From Craspedostauros australis (lineage: Eukaryota), in NCBI GenBank assembly GCA_030167865.1, contig JALAGF010003431.1, positions 1-51,752 of the forward strand: a DNA stretch of 51,752 nucleotides, read 5' to 3'. The notes beneath the pieces are model-generated. The model had not been told where the DNA came from, did no database searches, and saw only the letters and a program-made list of their open reading frames with translations. Of this stretch, positions 41,307-50,700 are shown piece by piece. Position 1 is the first letter of the stretch. Each line of letters begins with the position of its first letter. Position numbers and translations under genes: made by a program.

Positions 41307-41469
41307 TGTGATCGACCCATTCGAACACACTTCACGCTCTTTTTCGCAACCTATGGAATTAGTCTAGAGAGAAAGAGATGCTCAACTCGAACAACCCAAC
41401 TGTAGAACCATGTGCGCATGATGCTTGTAACATATAATAGGTGCACATCGCTCGTACTCCACGATGAAT

Positions 41470-42009
41470 TCATTTCGCATCCCCAACCTCCAACGCCTTG
41501 GACAGCAACCACAATGGAATCCAAAAGTAGGGTGCGTAGATGGAGATGCAAATTGCCTTTTGTGCCATCGTCATGTTGGGAGATGTGGCGAAGGTTGCCC
41601 AGATTGGAATCAACGTCGTGCACACATGAGCGCAGTATACCAGCGTGAGTTTGCGGAACCACTCGGGATAATGGTGTTGCTGTTGCTGCTGCGTGTTGTC
41701 GGCTCTCGTGTGCGTCCTCGTCATGACGCGCAAGGCCACGAAGAAGTACGGCAATTGCAACGCGCATTCGCACAGGATGAATGATGCGAACCAAGCCACG
41801 TTGACCTGTTGGTCCTCCTGCAAGGATTGCCGGTATCCCATCAACCGATCCCCTGAATGGTCGGCGTAAAATTGAACGACATCTCGCAGGAGCTGGGGGT
41901 ACAGGAAGGATCCGAAGGCACCCTGTCCGTCGATCAACACTGTGATGGGGATGTGGCTTGCGAAGAATGCAAGGGCCACGTTGCGTTCGAAGCCTCGCAG
42001 GATCTTCAT
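41470..42009 (-). CDS. TMEM97: TMEM97 / EXPERA-domain membrane protein (sigma-2 receptor-like)
   Basis: 'FFASHIPITVLIDGQ', 'GDRLM', 'WFASFILCECALQLPYF', 'YCAHVCTTLIP' and 'IYAPYFWIP'; four TM segments. Confidence 0.9.
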   Translation of the reverse strand: MKILRGFERNVALAFFASHIPITVLIDGQGAFGSFLYPQLLRDVVQFYADHSGDRLMGYRQSLQEDQQVNVAWFASFILCECALQLPYFFVALRVMTRTHTRADNTQQQQQHHYPEWFRKLTLVYCAHVCTTLIPIWATFATSPNMTMAQKAICISIYAPYFWIPLWLLSKALEVGDAK

Positions 42010-42458
42010 GCTTCGTGTTCTTCTTCTTCGTCTTCTTGATGTCGTTGCTGGCTTCGATATTGCGTGCTGCTTGGTGTGCGAAGGCTTTGGAAGAGCGAGG
42101 CTCTGTATTCACTCTCTGTGCCTGCCAACTCCATGGAGCGAAAGAAAAGCGACTGTCGCAAAATGCTGTTGCCTTGCAGGTTGGTTGTCAATTGTTTTGT
42201 GGTCTCTCCTTTTTTCGATCGACCTCTGTGGCTGCCACCACCCATGGATGGCAACGACGTTGCCGTTCCCCAAATCCACACGACCGTGTCCACGCACTCC
42301 CTTGACATCACTTCGATCAAATAAAACAAAGCAGCACACCACATGTTGCGTAGCAATGTACAACTGTGACAGCACAAATTCACATCTACCTCACCACATC
42401 TGGTTGTATCTATGGATATTTGTCTAAGTTATCATGGAGCAAAGTCCTTACACCATTC

Positions 42459-42479
42459 AGAGTAGAGTAGAGTAGAGTA
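42459..42479 (+). repeat. (AGAGT)4 microsatellite
   Basis: agagtagagtagagtagagta just beyond the EXS gene stop codon. Confidence 0.8.
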
Positions 42480-42508
42480 TATTACAGCACGCTCACGCTC
42501 ACATTCAC

Positions 42509-44782
42509 TCACAGAATATCACGATGATACGCCGCCAGCAATCCCAAACCTGAGAATGCCACAGCGTAGAAACTCAATTCTCCAAGGATCTGCAAATCGC
42601 GCAGCATGGACATGTCGTTGGACATCCACATGCCGTTGGTCGTTTTGGTGTTGGCGTGCACGATCGTTGCATCCGTGTCCTCGCCGCTGCTTACCGACAT
42701 GCTTGTCAGTCCGATGGAGGGGCTGGCCTTGCTGTTGCCAGCATCCTTCGTCGTCGTCTTTTGGCCGTCGATGGCGCCGGCATCGATACCACCAGCACCA
42801 CCATCATCTATGTCATGATCGCGCAGCAACTCGAATCCCCATGATGCCTCTTGCAGTTTGGGATTGCTGCGCGAGACGTTGACGGCTTCGTTCTCCACCC
42901 GAAGCAAACCCCACAACGTTCGCCGCAGGATCTCTGCTGACGCGATCGCTGCATTGAAGTAGGCGGAAACATCGCCTTGGAATGTGGCATTGAGGATGCC
43001 TGCCTTGTTGAGGTAATGGCGCGGTATGAAACTGAGCGTCCAGCAAAATCGCAGAGCGAAATTGATGACGAAGATGCACCAGTAGACGCTGGTGCGGGAG
43101 TAAATCCTCCGCTGTCGGAATTGCAGTCGCGGGAAGGAGGAGAAGATGGATCGCGATGTTGTCCCTATTTTCGCTGCTGTGGCCGAAGTTGTTGTATCGT
43201 CGACGAGCACGAACAAATTCCAATCCATGAAGACATCCCACCAGATCTGGTAGAGCGTGGCGAAGACGAAGGAACCCAGCCAGAGGCTGGTCTGCTTCAT
43301 GTTCGGATTGTAAATGCCAAACAGGGCGACTTGCGCAGCGATGAAGTACTTCAAGGCATTCCCCAGATAAGGCCATCTCTTCTTGTTGTCGTAGGATTGG
43401 CGCAGGTTCTGCAGGAAGCGCCACCACAGCGGGGATGCCACGCACATCGGGAGCAGCCAGGTGTGGAGGATCCAGTTGTTCTCCAAGGGACGGTCGGCGG
43501 TGTCCCACCCGTACGATTGCTCCCACCATCCTCTGAGGCCGGAGAGGAGGTAGAAGCAGGTGAAGCAGATGTCCTGCATGGGACGCACAGAAGATGTGAT
43601 GATATCTCCGATGAAACCATCTCGGAAGGTGACGTTGTGCAAGGGTGCGCTGGTGGTGAGGTAGACGATCTTCCAGAAGTCCTTGCGGCGCGACCATGGG
43701 AGGATGGCCTGGATGACGCTGCCGAAGAATAGGACGAGTGGGAAGACGGGCGCGGCGATGGCGGCGACGCCATGGAGGATGGTGGCATCGGCCATGCCAT
43801 CGACGTATTTGCCACCTTCCGCACTGCTGATGGTGAAGAGGAACAAGGTGATGAGGATGAAGAGGAGGTTGTTCATGGCCGCTTTGGCAAGGTCGAGCGG
43901 ATTGGGAGGCTCCGGCTCCTCCAGCAAAGCCTCCACAATCTCATCGTCATACTCGTCATCGATGCTGCCACCAATAACATCGTTGACGTTGTCCGCATCA
44001 GCATCCATGCTGATTCCATTGCCAACGGCATTGCCTTTGGTGCCACCGTTGTTGTTGCCGCTGATGCTGATGCTGTTGTTGTTGTTGTTGTTGTTGTTGT
44101 TCGAGATTGTAGTTTTCATCGACGTTGGATGAGCTGTGAAACCATCGTTGCCGCCATCATGCAGCGACGAAGGCAGACGTTGCGGTGGCTGCGAAGGAGG
44201 AGAAGACGATGACGAAGCAGAGGCTACCGCTGGTGAACTTGATGATGAAGCTGCTGCTTGATCTTCTACCACCCCGTCGGGCTCCAGTCTTTTCTGTGAC
44301 TGTCCGTGTCTGTGTGATGGATCATCCTCACCGCCGTCAACGCCGTCAACGCCGTTTTCGATATCGTCGTCATCATCGTCGTCGTCGTCTTGATCTGTGT
44401 CATCGGCATCATGGTGCTCGAGATCCCCACCGTAACCACCGACGGATGAGTAAGCCCCGTTCTCTCGAATCATGGCATTGACAACGGCCATCGTGTTGGT
44501 GTCGGGCGCTGGCTGAAAGAGCAGATGACCCACCATCCTGGTCCCCACGGTGCCCGACCAGACCCAGAGGGCCAGCGCCGCACACCACAGCAGCAAATTG
44601 ATCTCGAACAAGGACCGGAAGACCCTGAGGCTGGGTGGGTGCCGCGTGAATGCCGTGACGACCGCGAGATGATGCGGCGGCTCGCCATCGTGCGTTTGGT
44701 TGTCTGTCAGCAGGAAGATGCAGATCAGCAGCGGGATCACCAGCACGGCCCGCCTCAGTATCGAGGAGCGGGTTGCCGCCAT
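42509..44782 (-). CDS. EXS-domain protein (XPR1/SYG1/PHO1/ERD1 family) without an SPX domain
   Basis: ATG 44782. 'VTFRDGFIGDIITS', 'PLWWRFLQNLRQ', 'PYLGNALKY', 'YQIWWDVFMDWNLF', 'NFALRFCW' and 'EILRRTLWGLLRVENE' are EXS motifs. Confidence 0.92.
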   Translation of the reverse strand: MAATRSSILRRAVLVIPLLICIFLLTDNQTHDGEPPHHLAVVTAFTRHPPSLRVFRSLFEINLLLWCAALALWVWSGTVGTRMVGHLLFQPAPDTNTMAVVNAMIRENGAYSSVGGYGGDLEHHDADDTDQDDDDDDDDDIENGVDGVDGGEDDPSHRHGQSQKRLEPDGVVEDQAAASSSSSPAVASASSSSSPPSQPPQRLPSSLHDGGNDGFTAHPTSMKTTISNNNNNNNNNSISISGNNNGGTKGNAVGNGISMDADADNVNDVIGGSIDDEYDDEIVEALLEEPEPPNPLDLAKAAMNNLLFILITLFLFTISSAEGGKYVDGMADATILHGVAAIAAPVFPLVLFFGSVIQAILPWSRRKDFWKIVYLTTSAPLHNVTFRDGFIGDIITSSVRPMQDICFTCFYLLSGLRGWWEQSYGWDTADRPLENNWILHTWLLPMCVASPLWWRFLQNLRQSYDNKKRWPYLGNALKYFIAAQVALFGIYNPNMKQTSLWLGSFVFATLYQIWWDVFMDWNLFVLVDDTTTSATAAKIGTTSRSIFSSFPRLQFRQRRIYSRTSVYWCIFVINFALRFCWTLSFIPRHYLNKAGILNATFQGDVSAYFNAAIASAEILRRTLWGLLRVENEAVNVSRSNPKLQEASWGFELLRDHDIDDGGAGGIDAGAIDGQKTTTKDAGNSKASPSIGLTSMSVSSGEDTDATIVHANTKTTNGMWMSNDMSMLRDLQILGELSFYAVAFSGLGLLAAYHRDIL

Positions 44783-45770
44783 TTTGCCCTGGAGCAGAGC
44801 GGAGTGGAGTGCTGTGGAATGATGTGGAGTGCTGTGGATGGGTTGAAGGGCACAGCGGAACACGCGACGAGCACTGCTGAGCAGGCGGGCTGTTGCGTAT
44901 GGTATGTGTGGTGCCAGTACTGTGTGGGAATCTGTCCCTGAATCTGCGACAACGACGTGCTGGGCTTCTGTTTGTGTCTCTTGCGCAGTGGCGGAGATGG
45001 TCACGCTCTGGAGACAATGAAGGACGATCAGCTGCTTGTGTGCATGCACGACAAGTACAGTTTTAATGGAGTCTGTGATAGAGCAGAGTGGAGGATCGAT
45101 AGAGCAGAGTAGTCTACTCTCTTCCCAGCTACGCTTGCAAATGTGGTGGCAAGCGTAGTCGTATGGCTATGGCGGAGTGCCAGGCACTGTTCTGTGCATC
45201 AACCAGACCACACACGAAACGACGCCTCCTCAACGACTGGTTGTTCACGTGTGACTATGGCGCCAACAGAGTGAAGAGAGGCAGCAATCGCGCGCATTCT
45301 CTCTCTGTGTCGCAGTGTCTTGCCTTGTGGCCGAACAACGGGTTGGTTGCAGTGCTTTTTGCGCTGACGCGATTTCTCGCGATGGCGTTCTCCATCCACA
45401 GCGAACTTTTTTCCCTCTCGTTGCGCGCACCCGTCACAAGATGACTTTTGTGTGGGGCTTATGTCAAATCGGTCCATCGAGTCATTTCGTGCACCGAACG
45501 ATAGAAAAGAACTAAGCGAGTTCCGTTGAACGGAATCTGGTCTTCCTCATGACGACCTCCACGATGACGCGAATCGTGTGAGTTGCGCACACAGTTTGGC
45601 GCGCGTTGGTTGATGGTTGATGGGTGCCGCGATCTTCGGGATGACGCGTACGACTATTGATGGTCAGTGACAACATACCAACAATGATACCATCCGCAAC
45701 ATCAACCATCTCCTCATTCATGTGATAATTCGCAACACGACACTATTCTAATAACAGTACAGCTGCGAAG

Positions 45771-47495
45771 ATGAAGCGAAGGGCCAATGCCTCAAAGGCT
45801 CGCATCCCAAAGGCAGCGTTCATCCTTTTGGTTGGGTCGGCCATGGGCGGTGTTGGTGTGGCTGCTTTCATTCCGAGCCCATCTTCAGGCTTGTCACTTT
45901 CGTTGTCACCTTCGTTGTCACCTCCGTTGTCACCTTCGTTGCCATCGAGATCTCCAAGACCTTCAACAAGTTCAACACATTCAATTTCATCATCATCATC
46001 ATCATCATCATCATCGCGACTGACGGCAACTAAGTCACCACCTGGCGTCCCCATCGATGCATCCGGTTGGCCCGGCAAGTTTCCTGCCAAAGAGCATTGC
46101 TCCCGATGCGGGTTGTGCGAAACCACCTACGTCTCGCAGGTGCTCGATGCCTGCGCCTTCCTGGGTCCTTCCATGAGCCGGATGGATCAGCTGGAGCAGG
46201 AGGTGCACGGCCGTCAACGTCGTTACGAGAAGGAGATGGCGTGGTCCGACAAGTTCCTCAAGAAAGGATACACAAAGCCAGAAGCATCGTCGACGGCGAC
46301 GGAAGAATTGCCGGACGAAGGGCGGTTTGGTGTCATGGCGGAGCCCATGAAGTTGGCCAAGGGTATCGACATTCAGGATGCGCAATGGACGGGCGTGGTC
46401 ACGAGTATCGCAGTCAGCATGTTGGAGACTGGGCAGGTCGATGCCGTGGTTTGCATCGGCAACAGCGAGACAGACAGCGAATCAGATGATGCATCATCAT
46501 CATCATCATCGCGGTTTGCGACGCCGGAACCAATTCTGGCACGCACCGTCGACGACGTGCTCAAGGGACGCGGCGTCAAGCCCTCCCTGGCACCGAGCCT
46601 GGCAGTTCTCGATCAGATCGAGCAGGATCCCACCATCCGAAGATTGCTCTACTGCGGCGTGGGGTGCTCCGTGCAGGCATTCCGCATCATCCAGGATACA
46701 TTGAACTTGGAACAGGTCTACGTTCTGGGGACCAACTGCGCGGACAACAGCCCGACACCCAAGGCTGCGCAGAACTTCCTGCAGCAGGGTCTTGATCTCG
46801 ACATGTCCACCGAAGACGTGCAAGGATACGAATTCATGCAGGACTTCCAAGTCCATGTCAAGCTCAAAGATCGCTACATCACCAAACCCTACTTCACCTT
46901 GCCTGGCAATATCGCAGAGCCATCCATCGCGCCATCCTGCTTGACTTGCACGGATTACACCAACGGCCTTGCCGATGTCGTGGTGGGGTACATGGGCGCA
47001 CCGTTGGGCAACGACGGAGGCAGTCAGCGCATGGATGAGGCCTATCAAACCATCACAGTTCGCAACGGCAAGGGCTCGAAGATGGTCAAAACCGCTGTCC
47101 AGCAAGGACGGTTGGCAATCGGAGATGTGGCAACCGGCAAGGGCTCGCATGAAAAACTCGCATCCCAAACGGTCACATCCGACAGCATCATCGTATCTCG
47201 CAGCGGCATCGGCGCAGTCCCGGAACAGGGCATGCCAGCTTGGTTGGGCAACGTCATGGCATTCGTGATCAGCAACACCGGGCCCAAAGGCATTGCCTTT
47301 GCACGGTACTCCATCGATTACCACTTGCTGCGCAACTACTTCTATCTGCTCGACCTGCACGGTTCGCCCCAGATTGCCAAGGACAAGATGCCGCAGTATG
47401 CATGCAACATCGTGCAGCAGTACCTGAAGTCAGACAAGAAGTTGATGGAACTGCAGGGCGCAATTTTGGAAGAGGTGGCGACGCTGAAGCTATGA
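45771..47495 (+). CDS. HCAR: Plastid-targeted FrhB-family Fe-S flavoprotein, 7-hydroxymethyl chlorophyll a reductase (HCAR)-like
   Basis: Bipartite presequence (..AAFILLVGSAMGGVGVAA|FIP plus a Ser-rich transit peptide). Motifs 'PAKEHCSRCGLCET..CAFLG', 'AQWTGVVT', 'CGVGC.VQA', 'VLGTNCADN', 'YEFMQDF', 'APSCLTCTDYTNGLAD..GYMG' and 'GPKGIAFARYSIDYH..RNY'. Confidence 0.9.
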   Translation: MKRRANASKARIPKAAFILLVGSAMGGVGVAAFIPSPSSGLSLSLSPSLSPPLSPSLPSRSPRPSTSSTHSISSSSSSSSSSRLTATKSPPGVPIDASGWPGKFPAKEHCSRCGLCETTYVSQVLDACAFLGPSMSRMDQLEQEVHGRQRRYEKEMAWSDKFLKKGYTKPEASSTATEELPDEGRFGVMAEPMKLAKGIDIQDAQWTGVVTSIAVSMLETGQVDAVVCIGNSETDSESDDASSSSSSRFATPEPILARTVDDVLKGRGVKPSLAPSLAVLDQIEQDPTIRRLLYCGVGCSVQAFRIIQDTLNLEQVYVLGTNCADNSPTPKAAQNFLQQGLDLDMSTEDVQGYEFMQDFQVHVKLKDRYITKPYFTLPGNIAEPSIAPSCLTCTDYTNGLADVVVGYMGAPLGNDGGSQRMDEAYQTITVRNGKGSKMVKTAVQQGRLAIGDVATGKGSHEKLASQTVTSDSIIVSRSGIGAVPEQGMPAWLGNVMAFVISNTGPKGIAFARYSIDYHLLRNYFYLLDLHGSPQIAKDKMPQYACNIVQQYLKSDKKLMELQGAILEEVATLKL

Positions 47496-47705
47496 TGTGG
47501 GTGGGGGGAATACATGAAGTCGAAGTGGTGATTCTTGAAATGCAGCATTATATGTAAATATTAACTTGCGCACTCGTGGAGCGCTCGTGAATTAGATTCG
47601 AATGGCAAAGCACGGAGATGAAATGAAGCATGGATGTGGATGCATTCTTGTGCAAGGATGAAAGTGGAGGGCTTCTCCACGATGGTTGCGGTGAGGATTC
47701 CCTTC

Positions 47706-50700
47706 TCAAACTGCCTGTTCTTGGGCGAGGATGCCTTGGCGGTAGGCATCCAAGGATTCATCGTCATAGAGACAGAAGCAAACTTCCTTGATAGTCTGAT
47801 TTGTGGCTGGCGCCGTGCTGGCCTCCTCCAGGTACTCTGCGATGGCGCCAATGATCCAGGCTGCCGTCTCGCCCTTATCAAGTCCTGCTCTGCCGCTGCC
47901 GATGCTTGGCAACGCCACATTCGCAAAGTTTTGCGAGGCGGCCTTCTTCAGCACGTTCATTACGGCCTTCTTGATCGCCTCCTTCGACCCATTCGCCCCA
48001 TTCGCCTGGCTCTGCGTTGGCGAAACGACAAAGATGATATGGTCGGCCGGCAACGAATGTCCACCTGTCATGCACACATCCGAGGTGCCCAAAGTCTGCG
48101 AGATAGTCGACGTCGATGCTGGCGGCGATGGGGGAGGAGCTGCTACCGCTGGAGGTGCGGATGAGATCTCCAATACGATGAAGCTGTTGGGTGGGATCTT
48201 GCGGTTATGGCTGCTGCTTTGCACAAAGACTTGCGCGCCGGCAGGGAATTGAGCTGGAGCAATGGTCTCCTTCTTGCCGCAACCAATGCCCAGGAAGGTT
48301 CGCGCGTCGTTGCCACGGTGGAATGTGCCATCCGACTCCAAGCACAGGAGGTCCTTGGTGGCTGAGATATTTTCCTTCTTTTGCACGCAATAATACGGCG
48401 TGATGTAAGGCTGGTTCGCCATCGCCGCAATGTCGCGGAAGGTTTTCGTCACCGAGGGTGCAAGGAATTTGCGAAAGTTGAGAGGTAGCCCGCCATTGTT
48501 GTTGGTTGCGGCGTTGGCGTTTGCGTTTGCCAGCGCAGGAGCGGGTGTGGGAGCAGGGGTGGGTGCACCAGTTTGAGAAGCCCTCAGCAAATTGACTTCT
48601 GCTTGCAGGTTGACGCCGGCCACAGCCTTGACGCGTTCGCCCACCATGCCAGAGAGGCTCAATCCAGTGTCAGTTGGCACCACAATGGCTTCTGTCTTGG
48701 ATGCGGCGATGTCGCCCTTCACGACTGTCAGACGCAGACCTTCTACAAACGTTCGACTGTTCAACACCGCCAGGCCAGACGCTGATGGCAACGAACGATC
48801 CTCGCTTTCGAGCTTGATGAATGCAGATCCCGATGTCTTCAATCGCTTTGCTGACGGTTGGGCTGCATTGCCACCACTCTGAGCTGTGCTTGCGGCTGTG
48901 GCTGCTCGTTTGGTTGCTCCCGTCGTCCCGGCTGGGCTGCCGGAAAGGACAGGAGAGCAGAGGTTCCCATCAGCAGCGACTGTTGTCTTGTCTGTAGTCA
49001 AACGCAGCAGGTAGCGGATGTTGACTTGGCCGATGTCGTACACGATGAATTCGCTCACATCACAGCTTGGTCGGGATGCGAGTGATGATTTCGTCGGCTT
49101 GCCCAGCGGAACCTTCACCACGTCCGTGTCGCTCATTGTGTGTTGCTGCTTCGGATCATCTGGGATATCTTCGTACGTTTTGGGATCGGGAATGATGTCC
49201 GACAGTGCATGAGTGGAATGACTCCCAGGCTGCGCTTTGTCCATGTACATGTCCCGTGGCGTTTCGAACACCTTGCCCAGACTCACATCGCATGCCATCA
49301 CGAGCATCTCCGACGACCCATCCGTACGGCAGTAGTTGGCGCTCTTGCCCAGCATATCGGCGAAGTAGATCCCCTTCCCGAATCTGTAACCGCTCATAGG
49401 TGCCTCCGGTGGCGCGATGCGCAATCCCTGGCTGAGGATGCCGCTGTAGTTGCTGATGCGGCTTCCGTGCCACAGCAGCCGCCTGTTGCCCAGCTTCTTG
49501 GAAGGCTCAAATCGTGATGCCTCACCTTCGCGTTGGACCGCAAACGCATCCAGCAACCGCAATCCTCGGCTACCCCAGTTGTTGCCGCCCCAGCCACTCA
49601 CTCCTGGCGCGGATGCGTTCCTGGTGTTCTCGACGTATGTTTTGAGCAGCTTGTACTCATCTCCGTGTGGATCCAATGGTGCGAGTTCGGTTTTGAGCTT
49701 GTCATAGGCCACGTCCATCGGTGACTTGGCCTTGGGTGCTTCGGCATCAGTCTTCATGGCAGCATCGGATGCCTGCAAATTGATCAGTTCGTCCACCATC
49801 TCCACCTTCTCCTTCAACACCGACATGGTGTCGATCATCTTGGGATCCGTGCTGGGGCACTTGGAGTAGAACTGATTTGACAGCTGCTGCAGCTTGCCCT
49901 TCTTCATGACATCCGACATCGACGCTGCGGATGCACCCGATGGCGATGCTGAACCTGCGGCTGATTGTGGATTCAGAATCTTCTCGATCTCCGCCAGCAC
50001 GGAATATGCATCGCGCAGCTGCGCCTCCGTCATGTTGCCGAGCGGCATCTTGGAGACGTCAAAGTTAACACGCAGGAGCTGCTTGGCCGCGATGCCCTTG
50101 TCGAAGATGGAAGCGATGACGGGATGCAATCGCATGCTCAGGCGGGACGTGGAATCGCCGATCAAGAGCTGGTTGCTGGATGCGGATGGGGTGGATGTTG
50201 CCGGTTTCTTCTCGTCTTCGTGGGACACATCCAGTTGGAAGAACTTGCCGGGATGTTTCACGAACGACTTGCGATCCGCCCATTTGTTGCCGGTGTACTT
50301 GAGGTACAGCTTTTCGAATTCGGACTTGGCATCTTGCACCGCATCGTAGCGATCAAGCTTGTTTCCACCGCCTCCGGTACCAGCAACACGACCCCAGACT
50401 CGCCATAAGTAGCAGTGGGTTGGTTGCGGTTCGTTGTCCGGGATGAGGATCTGAAGCCTGTACTGCGAGTTGGTCCCGGTGGATAGATCCGTCATGCAAA
50501 GCATGGTGTCGTAGAGCTCCACCGCAAACGATTCCTTCTTGTCTGGCATCGCTGCAGCAGTCGTTGTGCTCGTGCTTGCACCCGCAGATGGCTTGGAGTT
50601 CTTCAGTGCATCGTACGCCTCATCGAGAACGTGGTACGTCGCATCCTGTCCAGAATCGGGATCGACGCGTGCGCGACTCAGATGCAACTTCGCCGTCCCC

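Noticed and set aside
25841-44782. A phosphate-themed cluster (histidine phosphatase, PhnD-like receptor, EXS protein)
   Set aside because: The genes are interspersed with unrelated ones and target different compartments; without synteny or co-expression data, chance is sufficient.
48096-48572. Macrodomain insert as an intron or intein
   Set aside because: The nearest GT (in ACT-GGT, phase 1) and the CAG acceptor (phase 0) would frameshift. There are no intein N-terminal Cys/Ser or C-terminal His-Asn motifs.
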